From: Myxococcota bacterium
GTDB lineage: Bacteria > Myxococcota_A > UBA9160 > SZUA-336
Direction: 5' to 3'
DNA: 64,000 bases
Assembly (NCBI GenBank): GCA_040902485.1
Contig: JBBDXF010000019.1
Span: 6,076 to 70,075 of the forward strand
Position 1 is the first letter of the stretch; every line of letters starts with the position of its first letter. Positions 1 to 10,300 of the stretch are shown one piece after another. The notes below the pieces were generated by a model. The model was given only the letters and a program-made list of their open reading frames with translations, did no database searches and was not told the DNA's origin. The position numbers and the translations under genes are program-made.

Positions 1-261
1 GACTCCGCCTCGCGCGCGATCGGCGCGCCGCGCGAGCGCAAACCCTTCGAGCCGCACCTCACGCTCGCCCGCCTGCGCGATCCGCAGCGCGTCGAGCTCG
101 AGCGCGCAACGCCGCCGGATTCCGTCGCCTGGACGGTCTCCGAAGTCGTACTCTTCGAGAGTCGTTTGTCGCCGAGCGGCGCTCGGCACGTTCCCCTGGC
201 TCGCTTCCCGCTCGGCGCGGGAGGCGACGCAGAACACGCAGATTTCGCCCCAGAACCCTAG
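1..261 (+). CDS. thpR: RNA 2',3'-cyclic phosphodiesterase / 2H phosphoesterase (ThpR/LigT family). C-terminal fragment; the 5' end is outside the window.
   Basis: Frame 1 reads ...KPFEPHLTLARLRDPQRVELE...WTVSEVVLFESRLSPSGARH... and ends at TAG 259-261. HLTLAR matches the second HxT/S motif of 2H phosphoesterases. It sits directly upstream of recA, a common ligT-recA arrangement. Confidence 0.7.
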   Translation, partial: DSASRAIGAPRERKPFEPHLTLARLRDPQRVELERATPPDSVAWTVSEVVLFESRLSPSGARHVPLARFPLGAGGDAEHADFAPEP

Positions 262-270
262 GAGAGAAAG

Positions 271-1341
<1,071 letters not shown>

Positions 1342-1431
1342 CGCCCGGGCCGCTCTCAAGAACGGCGGCGGCTGAGACGATCCACCCGCAAGTACCCCTC
1401 GCAAACGTGCGAGCGGAGAGGCTTGGCGGGA

Positions 1432-2604
1432 ATGGAACTCAACGACATCTTGACCATCGCGATCAAGGGCCTCGCTTCGGACATCCATCTGAAGGCCGGC
1501 CTGCCGCCGCTCTTCCGCGTGGACGGCGCGCTCGTCCCGCTGAAGAACGGCGAGCGGCTCACCCCGGAGCAGCTGCACGGGATCGCGACGTCGATCATGA
1601 CGCCGGGTCAGAAGAACCACTTCGACAAGCATCACGAGGTGGATCTCGCCTACTCGATCGCGGGCCTGGGTCGTTTCCGCGTGAACGCGTTCATGCAGCG
1701 CGGCACGGTCGGGATCGTGTTCCGCGTGATTCCCTTCGGCGTGAAGACGATCGAGCAGCTGGTGCTGCCGAAGGTCGTCGAGCGCGTCGCCATGGAGGCA
1801 CGCGGCCTGGTGCTGGTCACCGGCACGACGGGCTCCGGCAAGTCGACCACGCTCGCGGCGATGATCGACTACATCAACACCAATCGCACCTGCCACATCA
1901 TCACGATCGAGGACCCGATCGAGTTCCTGATCCGCGACAAGCGCTCGATCGTGAACCAGCGCGAGATCGGCGTCGACACCAACAGCTTCGCGACGGCGCT
2001 GCGCGCCGCCCTGCGCCAGGACCCGGACGTCATCCTGGTCGGCGAAATGCGCGACTTCGAGACCATCGAGACGGCACTGATGGCGGCCGAGACCGGGCAC
2101 CTGGTCATGTCGACCCTGCACACGATCGACGCGGCCGAGACCATCACCCGCATCGTGTCGGTGTTCCCGCCACACCAGCAGCCGCAGATCCGGCTGCAGC
2201 TCGCGAGCATCATCAAGGGCGTGATCAGCCAGCGGCTCGTGCCCCGCGCCGACGGCAAGGGCCGCGTGCCCGCGGTCGAGATCCTGGTCGCCTCGGCGCG
2301 CGTGCGCGAGTGCATCGCCGACCCGGAGATGACCAAGGAGCTCAACGACGCCATCGCCAAGGGCTTCACCACCTACGGCATGCAGAGCTTCGACCAGTCG
2401 CTCATGCAGCACGTGAAGAGCAAGCTGATCACCTACGAGGAGGCGCTCCTGCACGTCTCCAACCCCGACGACTTCGCGCTGCGCTTCAAGGGCATCTCCG
2501 GCACCTCGGACAGCTCCTGGGACGACTTCGACAAGGAGCAGGCGGACAAGTCGATGGAGCTCAGCGAGCAGCAGGACGACGACCTGAAAATAGATCGCTT
2601 CTAG
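1432..2604 (+). CDS. pilT: PilT/PilU-family type IV pilus retraction-type hexameric ATPase with an acidic C-terminal extension
   Basis: Walker A GTTGSGKSTT, Walker B ILVGEMRD and His box GHLVMSTLHT. N-terminus MELNDILT...ASDIHL is typical of PilT. ATG 1432 is preferred over the TTG at 1423; GGAGAG lies about 11 nt upstream. The last ~45 aa (SDSSWDDFDKEQ...QQDDDLKIDRF) extend beyond the usual PilT length. Confidence 0.85.
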   Translation: MELNDILTIAIKGLASDIHLKAGLPPLFRVDGALVPLKNGERLTPEQLHGIATSIMTPGQKNHFDKHHEVDLAYSIAGLGRFRVNAFMQRGTVGIVFRVIPFGVKTIEQLVLPKVVERVAMEARGLVLVTGTTGSGKSTTLAAMIDYINTNRTCHIITIEDPIEFLIRDKRSIVNQREIGVDTNSFATALRAALRQDPDVILVGEMRDFETIETALMAAETGHLVMSTLHTIDAAETITRIVSVFPPHQQPQIRLQLASIIKGVISQRLVPRADGKGRVPAVEILVASARVRECIADPEMTKELNDAIAKGFTTYGMQSFDQSLMQHVKSKLITYEEALLHVSNPDDFALRFKGISGTSDSSWDDFDKEQADKSMELSEQQDDDLKIDRF

Positions 2605-2667
2605 GTTCGGCTTGCAGCGGTGGCTCGGCTCCTGTCGGACGATGGAGGCGCTGGTACCATCCGGGGG

Positions 2668-5301
2668 ATGACCGGAAACGAGATCCGCAGGGCCTTCCTC
2701 GACTACTTCGCGGAGCGGGGCCACACCGAAGTCGCGTCGGGATCGCTCGTTCCGCAGGGCGACGCGACGCTGATGTTCGCGAACGCGGGCATGGTGCCGT
2801 TCAAGCGCGTCTTTACCGGCGAGGAGCGGCGCGAATACGTGCGCGCGGTGAGCTCGCAGAAGTGCATGCGCGTGTCCGGCAAGCACAACGACCTCGAAGA
2901 GGTCGGGCGCTCGCCCAGCCACCAGACGCTGTTCGAGATGCTCGGCAACTTCTCGTTCGGCGACTACTTCAAGAAGGAAGCGATCGAATACGCCTGGGAC
3001 CTGCTGACGCGCGTGTTCGGGCTCGACCCCGACGACCTGGTGGTCTCGGTGCACAAGGACGACGACGAGACCTACGCGCTGTGGCGCGACGGCATCGGGC
3101 TCGAGCCGCGCCGCATCTTCCGGCTCGGCGACAGCGAGAACTTCTGGCAGATGGGCGACACCGGACCGTGTGGCCCGTGCTCGGAGATCCACAAGATCAC
3201 CGATCGCGCGATCTTCGAGCGCGGCGGGCCGCCGTCGGGACCGGGCTTCGTCGAGATCTGGAACCTGGTGTTCATGCAGTTCGAGCAGGCCGCGGACGGG
3301 ACGCGCGTGCCGCTGCCCAAGCCCTCGATCGACACCGGCATGGGCCTGGAGCGCATCACGCGCCTGCTGCAGGGCGTAACCAGCAACTACGACACGGATC
3401 TGTTTCGCCCGCTGATCCGCCACACCTCCGAGATCGCCGGCCGCGCCTACGACGCGAACCCGGAGAACGACGTCTCCATGCGCGTGGTCGCGGACCACGC
3501 GCGCGCCTGCACGTTCCTGATCGGCGACGGCGTGCTGCCGTCGAACGAGGGCCGCGGCTACGTGCTGCGCCGCGTGCTGCGGCGCGCGGCGCGCCACGGC
3601 GTGCTGCTCGGCATCGAGCGCCCGTTCCTGTGCGAGGTCGCGGGCACCGTGATCGACGAGATGGGCGGCGCGTACCCGGACCTGGTGAAGCGCCGCGCGT
3701 TCGTCGTCGACACCATCCGCCGCGAGGAGGAGCGCTTCGGCAAGACGCTCGGCCGCGGGCTGGCGCTGCTCGACGAGGCGATCGCCGACAGCCGGCGCGC
3801 GAAGGCCGCGCAGCTCTCGGGCGAGGTGGTGTTCCGCCTCTACGACACGTTCGGCTTCCCCACCGACCTGACCGAGGACATCCTGCGCAGCCACGGCCTG
3901 CAGTACGACCGCGCCGGCTTCGACGCGCTCATGCGCGAGCAGGCCGAGCGCGCGCGTGCGGCCTGGAAGGGCACCGGCGTGGCCGCGCCGGCCGAGGTCT
4001 ACAACGCGATCGCGGGCGAGCTGCGCACGAGCTTCACCGGCTACGCGTCCACGACGGGCCAGTCGCGCATCCACGCGCTCTTGCGCGAGGGCCAGCGCGT
4101 GGACGAGGTCTCGGAGGGCGAGCGCGTCGAGGTGATCGTCGAGGCGACGCCGTTCTACGCCGAGAGCGGCGGACAGGTCGGCGACACCGGCGCGATCGAG
4201 GGTGCCGAGGGCCGGATCGAGCTCGACGACGTGCAGAAGCCCGTCGACGGCCTGATCGTGCACCAGGGCCGCGTCGTGCTGGGCCGCGTGCGCGCGCACG
4301 AGACCGTGCAGCTTTCGGTCGACGCGGAGAAGCGCGCCGCCACCGTGCGCAACCACTCCGGCACGCACCTCTTGCACTGGGCGCTGCGCGACGTGCTCGG
4401 GCCGCAGGTCACGCAGGCCGGCTCGCTGGTCGGACCGGACCGGCTGCGCTTCGACTTCAGCCACGACTCGAGCTTGACCGACGAGCAGGTGCGCGCGATC
4501 GAAGACCGCGTGAACGCGCTGATCCTGCGCAACCTGCCCGGCAACGTCGCCGAGACCAGCTATCAGGAGGCGCTGCGCTCGGGCGCGATCGCGATCTTCG
4601 AGGAGAAGTACGGCGACCGCGTGCGCGTGGTGAGCTTCGGCCCCTCGACCGAGCTGTGCGGCGGCACGCACGCGCACGCCACCGGCGACCTCGGCTCGTT
4701 CCGCATCGTCGCGCAGTCGGCGATCGGCGCGGGCGTGCGCCGGATCGAGGCGCAGACGGGCACGGGCGTGCTCGAGCACGCGCGGCGTGAGTCGCGCACG
4801 CTGCGCGAGCTCGCGGATCTGCTGCGCGCGTCGCCAGCCGAGCTGCCCACGCGCGTCGCGAAGCTCGTCGAGCAGCTTCGCGAGCTCGAACGCGAGCTCG
4901 AGAAGACGCGCGCGCAGATGCGCCGCGGCGGCAGCAGTGATCCGTTGCAGCAGGCGCGCGAGGTCGGCGGCGTGAAGGTGGTCGCGGCCGAGATCGAGGG
5001 CGCGAACCCCAAAGAGCTGCGCCAGCTCGTGGACGAGCTGAAGCAGCGCATCGGCTCCGGCATCGTGCTGCTCGGCGTGCGCCACGAGGGCAAGGCCGCG
5101 CTCGCGCTCGGCGTCACCAAGGACCTCGCCGGCCGCTTCTCGGCCGGAGACCTGATCCGCGACCTGGCCAAGGAGGTCGGTGGAACTGGCGGGGGCCGGC
5201 CCGATTTCGCCCAGGCCGGCGGGCCCGAGGCGAACAACCTGGAAGCGGCGCTGGCGCGGCTCCCGGAGTTGCTCGCTTCCGAACCCGATAGTCGTGCCTA
5301 A
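2668..5301 (+). CDS. alaS: Alanine--tRNA ligase
   Basis: N-terminus MTGNEIRRAFLDYFAERGH, FANAGM, the editing-domain HSGTHLLH and C-terminal GGGRPDFAQAGG. Start set at ATG 2668 inside the longer 2620 ORF. Confidence 0.97.
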   Translation: MTGNEIRRAFLDYFAERGHTEVASGSLVPQGDATLMFANAGMVPFKRVFTGEERREYVRAVSSQKCMRVSGKHNDLEEVGRSPSHQTLFEMLGNFSFGDYFKKEAIEYAWDLLTRVFGLDPDDLVVSVHKDDDETYALWRDGIGLEPRRIFRLGDSENFWQMGDTGPCGPCSEIHKITDRAIFERGGPPSGPGFVEIWNLVFMQFEQAADGTRVPLPKPSIDTGMGLERITRLLQGVTSNYDTDLFRPLIRHTSEIAGRAYDANPENDVSMRVVADHARACTFLIGDGVLPSNEGRGYVLRRVLRRAARHGVLLGIERPFLCEVAGTVIDEMGGAYPDLVKRRAFVVDTIRREEERFGKTLGRGLALLDEAIADSRRAKAAQLSGEVVFRLYDTFGFPTDLTEDILRSHGLQYDRAGFDALMREQAERARAAWKGTGVAAPAEVYNAIAGELRTSFTGYASTTGQSRIHALLREGQRVDEVSEGERVEVIVEATPFYAESGGQVGDTGAIEGAEGRIELDDVQKPVDGLIVHQGRVVLGRVRAHETVQLSVDAEKRAATVRNHSGTHLLHWALRDVLGPQVTQAGSLVGPDRLRFDFSHDSSLTDEQVRAIEDRVNALILRNLPGNVAETSYQEALRSGAIAIFEEKYGDRVRVVSFGPSTELCGGTHAHATGDLGSFRIVAQSAIGAGVRRIEAQTGTGVLEHARRESRTLRELADLLRASPAELPTRVAKLVEQLRELERELEKTRAQMRRGGSSDPLQQAREVGGVKVVAAEIEGANPKELRQLVDELKQRIGSGIVLLGVRHEGKAALALGVTKDLAGRFSAGDLIRDLAKEVGGTGGGRPDFAQAGGPEANNLEAALARLPELLASEPDSRA

Positions 5302-5412
5302 CCCCCTGGAAGTGCGCTAGAACTGCCGCTGAGCCCTGCGCCACCGGATCGCCGGAAGCGCCACTTGGTGTAGAGTGCGGGTGCCTACGGATCCAGGGAG
5401 AGAGGGGCAGCG

Positions 5413-7317
5413 ATGAGCGCGCGCAGCATGGCTCGGGCGTTCCTGCTCCTGCTGGTCGGGGCGACGCCGCTTCCGTCCCACGCCAGCTTCGACCCGAGCG
5501 CACCCCCGGCAGGCGCGCACACCCAGACCGAGGGTCCCCGCTACTGGGTCAGCGCGGTCGAGATCCGCTACGCCGACGATCACCCGCTGCATCCCCCGGT
5601 CGCGCTGGTCAGCCAGGGCCAGTACGCGCTCGGGCAAGCCTCCGACGGCTTCGTGGGCGCGCGCCGCGGCGGCGAGAACTACTGGTTCGAGCTGCGCTCG
5701 CTGGGCGCCGAGGGCGCGGCGCCGGTCTACGCGACCGGCGTGCGCGATCTGTGCGAGCAGATCGTCGGCGAGCTCGGTCAGCGCGGGCTGATCGGCGTCT
5801 ACGTCGCGCCCGAAGCGGCGCAGATCGACCCGGATACCGGCGCCGACCTGCGCGGCGACGTCACCGAGCTGACGCTCGTGGTCCACACCGGCCGCGTTCG
5901 CTCGGTGCGCACCTTCACGGCGGGCCAGACGGGTGCACCCGGCGCGGCGCCGCCGGCCGACCGCGAAGCACAGGACTACGAGCAGATCGCGCAGCGCTCG
6001 CCGCTGCAACCGGTCGGCACGGGTGACCCGCTCGCGAAAGCGGAGCTCGATGCCTACGTCGCCGGCCTGAACCGGCTGCCGGGCCGCGTGGTCGACGTCG
6101 TGATCACGCCGACGCTCACGCCGGGGATCGTGAACCTCGACTACCTCGTCTCCGAGGACAAGCCGTGGTCGATCTCGAGCTCGATCTCCGACACGGGCAC
6201 CGACCAGACCGGCGATTGGCGACAGCGCTTCAGCTACGCGAACTACCAGCTCACCGGTCACGACGACGTGCTGCTGCTCGACTACCTGACCTCGAGCTTC
6301 GACGAGGTCAACGCCGTGGTCGGCTCCTACGAGACGAACCTGCCGCTCTCGCGCGACCTGCGCGCGCGCGCGACCAGCTCCTGGAGTCAGTACACCGCCG
6401 ACCAGTTCGGCTTCGATGACGCCTTCAAGGGCGAGCAGTACGAGTTCGGCGCCGCGCTGGTCTCGAGCCTGCTGCGGCGCCCGGGGCTGTTCCTCGACGC
6501 GACGCTGGGCACGCGCTGGATGCACATCGACGTCACGAACTTCAGCACCGACGCGAGCATGCCGTTCTTCGTGCCCGAGCTCGCGCTCTCGCTCGAGCGC
6601 GTGCGCCCGGCCTCGCGCATGTTCGCGCGCCTCGGCTTCGAGCAGAGCGTGCCTTTCATCGCGGGCACGGACTCGGACGACATCGACGAGTTCTCGCGCG
6701 CCGGGCGCAGCGACGTCGACAACGACTGGCGGATGATCTCGCTCGACGTGCGCGGCTCGTTCCTCCTGCGCCCGTGGCTGCGCGGCGTGCCGGTGCGGGC
6801 CGGCCGGACGCTGCGCCCGAGGGAGCTCGCCCACGAGCTGGCCTGGCGGCTCGGCGGTCAGTACTCGCTCGGCACCCGGCTGATTCCGCAGGTCGAGGGC
6901 GTGCTCGGCGGGCCGGGAACCGTGCGCGGCTATCCGCAATCGATCGCCGCCGGTGACTCGGTGTTCGGCGGCAGCGTCGAGCACCGCTTCCACGTGCCGC
7001 TCTCGATCGCGGCCGTCATGCCCTGGCAGCTGCCGCTGATCGGCGAGTTCCGGCCCGGGCCCGATGCCGATCAGCGCCTGCCCGACTGGGACTTCGTGGT
7101 CGCGACCTTCTTCGACTACGGCCAGACCTGGAACCAGAGCGCCGTCCCCGGCGAAGAGGATGCGACGCTCTCGTCGCTCGGCCTGGCCTTCGAGGTGGTC
7201 GTGCGGCGAAACTTCTCGATGCGCTTTGACTACGGCTTCGCGCTCAGCGACGTGGATTTCGCGGACGTCCAATCGGGCGACACCGAAGCGAACTTCGCGG
7301 CGACGGTGCGGTACTAG
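5413..7317 (+). CDS. Two-partner secretion outer-membrane translocator (TpsB; ShlB/FhaC/HecB family, Omp85 superfamily)
   Basis: Signal peptide MSARSMARAFLLLLVGATPLPSHA. POTRA-like region (LIGVYVAPE...LTLVVHTGRV). Conserved loop-6 motif GPGTVRGYP. C-terminal aromatic residue (...ATVRY). The stop lies 2 nt before the TpsA start. Confidence 0.85.
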   Translation: MSARSMARAFLLLLVGATPLPSHASFDPSAPPAGAHTQTEGPRYWVSAVEIRYADDHPLHPPVALVSQGQYALGQASDGFVGARRGGENYWFELRSLGAEGAAPVYATGVRDLCEQIVGELGQRGLIGVYVAPEAAQIDPDTGADLRGDVTELTLVVHTGRVRSVRTFTAGQTGAPGAAPPADREAQDYEQIAQRSPLQPVGTGDPLAKAELDAYVAGLNRLPGRVVDVVITPTLTPGIVNLDYLVSEDKPWSISSSISDTGTDQTGDWRQRFSYANYQLTGHDDVLLLDYLTSSFDEVNAVVGSYETNLPLSRDLRARATSSWSQYTADQFGFDDAFKGEQYEFGAALVSSLLRRPGLFLDATLGTRWMHIDVTNFSTDASMPFFVPELALSLERVRPASRMFARLGFEQSVPFIAGTDSDDIDEFSRAGRSDVDNDWRMISLDVRGSFLLRPWLRGVPVRAGRTLRPRELAHELAWRLGGQYSLGTRLIPQVEGVLGGPGTVRGYPQSIAAGDSVFGGSVEHRFHVPLSIAAVMPWQLPLIGEFRPGPDADQRLPDWDFVVATFFDYGQTWNQSAVPGEEDATLSSLGLAFEVVVRRNFSMRFDYGFALSDVDFADVQSGDTEANFAATVRY

Positions 7318-7319
7318 GG

Positions 7320-10300
7320 ATGATGCGCCCGCGAAATCTCGCCGCCTGGTTCGCGCGCGACGCGCTGGTCTCCGCGCTGGTCGCCTCGATCGCGTTCGGC
7401 CCCGCCTCGCTGCCCGCGCTGGCCGGGCCGGAGGGCTTCGACCCGCGGATCGGCGGCGCGACGATCAACCAGGTGGACGCGACCCACTGGGAGATCACCG
7501 CGCCCGACGGCAGCGTCATCCAGTACTCGAGCTTCGACATCGCCCTCAACGAGGGCGTGCATTTCCTGCAACCCGGCGCCGACGCGCGCGTGCTGAACCG
7601 GATCCTGGGCGCGTTGCCAACGCACATCGAAGGCTCGCTGACCGGCACCGGCCACATCTACATCGTGAACCCTGCCGGAGTGATCTTCGGCGAGGGCGCG
7701 ATCGTGGACGCGAACGGGATCCACGCGGCGGGCGGGCACCTGTCGGACACCGACTTCGCGAACCGCGACGAGGACCACTACACGGGAGTGATCGGCGACG
7801 TGACGAACGCTACCGACATCATCGCGCGCGCCGTGAGCCTGGTCGGCGCCCATGTCGTGAACTCCGGGAGCATCGACGCGAGCGACATCGTCCTCGGAGA
7901 CGGCTGGATCGTGATCGCCGCCGGCAACGACGTGATCATCGGTCGTGAAGACGCCGCCCAGAACGGACGCGGGCTGCTGCTGCGCGTCGAGGGCGCGGCC
8001 GGCGCCGTCTTCCAACCGGACGAGACGGGCGTGACGAACACCGGCGCGCTCGATGCGGGCGCGGACGGCACGGTCCGCATCGGCGCGGGCGACCTGTACG
8101 GCACGGCGATCTTCAGCGACTCCGCGATCCGCGCGCGCGAGATCGCGCTGGCCGCCGGCAATCGCGGCGACATCGCGCTGGCGGGCGAAGTCAGCGCGGA
8201 GAAGGCCGACATCTCCTTCCGCGGCGGCACGACGGTCGGCGAGCTGCGCAGCACGACCGCCGGCGCCGAAGTGACCGTGTACGCCGACGAGCTCGAGCTC
8301 TCCGCGGCGGATACCGGCGCCGCGATCCGAGTCAGCGGCGACGTCGCGTTTCGCAGCCAGGACGACCCGGCCGTGGGCCCGAGCAAGATCACGCTCGAGC
8401 AGAGCGCCACGCTCTCGAGCTCGAGCCTGGCCGCGCTCGACGTCGGCGCAGGCGCCGCGGGAGCCACGCGGGAGCTCGCGCTGCGCTCGACCGGCGGCAA
8501 CGTGGTCGTCGACGACAAGGCCGTCGTCGCGGGCAGCCACCTCGCGCTGGCCGGCACGCTCGCCGATCTCCAGGGCACCGACGCTCTCGAGGTGGCGTCA
8601 CTCGCGATCGAGAGCGCGACCAGCTCTGCCGGTGGCGACGCGAGGTCGGAGGGCGACATCGTCGCGAGCACGGGCGGCATCTCCGTGCAGGGCGATCTCC
8701 AGCTCGTCACCAAGCCGAGCGTCGCTGGAGACCCTCCGGTCGAGACACGGGTCTCGGCGCACCAGGGCACGCTCGCCGTCGACGGCGACGTGACCACGAG
8801 CGCGGGCGGCGGGCTGCGCATCGAGGCGCGCGACGTCGTCCTCGGCACGACGGACGCGGACGACGAGCCGACCGGCGGGTCGATCGTGTCGCGCGGCGAC
8901 CTGAAGATCGGCTTCGTGGACGCGGCTGGCCTCGAGCAGACCCGGACCGTGGTCGCGCGCGCGATCGACACGCGCGGCGCCGCTCAGCAGGCGGGCGGAA
9001 ACGTCGACGTGGCGGCGAGCGGCGACGTGTCGCTCGGAGTCATCACGACCCAGGGCGGCGCGGGCAGCTCCCCGTCGCAGCCCAACGCGGACGGCGGCTC
9101 GGTGAGCGTGCGCAGCACCGGCGCCGACGCGCGAGTCGCGGTCGGCGCCATTGCGACGGGCGGCGCCGGCAGCGCGGGTCGCGGCGCGATCGCGCTCGAA
9201 GCCGCGACCGTGTCGCTCTCCGGCTCGCTCAGCGCGTCGGGCGGCCTGGTCGCGAACGCGGACGGCGCGCGCGATCGCGCCGTGCAGGTCACGGCGGCAG
9301 AGATCCAGCTGGATGCGAACGCGCTCACGCTCGCGGGCAGCGACGTCGAGCTGGCCGGCGCGATTCGCGGCGCGGATGTCGTTTCCGACACGGATCCACC
9401 CACCACGACCGTCCGCCGCGTGGACCTCGGCATCAGCGCGAGCGGAGTCACGACCCTCGGCTCGACCGCCGACCTGCGCTCGCTCACGATCGCGACCCGC
9501 GGCGAGTCGGTCGTGCTCGGCGGCAACGTTACTGCCGACACGACGGTGAGGATCGGCTTCATCGGCGAGGAGACCGGCACGATCTCGAACGGCGGCGCGC
9601 CCGTCACCGTGAGCGCGAATCGGGTCGAGCTCGCCGCTTCCGACTCGAGCGGGGAGGACGGTCGTGTCGCGCAGGTCGCTCTCGGCTCCGGCATCGGCTT
9701 CGAGCTGTTCGCGATCCCGGCTTCCGAGGGCACGGCGGCCAAGGCCGCGACGCTCCAGCTCGACCAGGACGGCGCGATCGACAGTGCCGCCGCGTCGCTT
9801 CTCGCGACCGCGGGTCAGGGTACGCCTGATCTCACGCTCGAGCTGCGCACGAACGACGCCGTCACGCTCGACGCCGCCGCGCGCACCGCGCTGACCGGCA
9901 CGGACCTCGTGATCGACGCGCGGAGCTTCTCGGCCATCGGCGCGACGCAGACCGCGAGCGACTTCGAGCTCTCGTCGCTCGAGCTCGCGACCCTGGCTGC
10001 GCTCGACGTCGACTTCGGCGTCACCGCCGACAGCGTGCGGCTCGCGGGCGCGCTCGGCGGCTCGGGCGATCTCACGCTGCGCTCCGCGCTGCAGGCGGAC
10101 ACGATCGAGCTCGTCGCGGGCAACGGTCCGGCCGAGAGCGGCAGCAACGCGCGCGTGGTGATCGAGAGCGGCGCCAGCCTGCGCAGCCGCGACGACGCGA
10201 ACGATCGGCCCACGCGCGTCGACCTGATCCAGGACGCGGCGCTCGACAGCGCGGACCTTCCGGACCTCGCCGTGTTCGGCGGCAGCGTCGCCGGTCTCGC

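Noticed and set aside
5317-7272. 651-aa minus-strand ORF antisense to tpsB
   Set aside because: It has antisense-frame composition (R/A/E/G/H/D rich) and no motifs. The + strand product has a signal peptide, a POTRA-like region and the VRGY motif.
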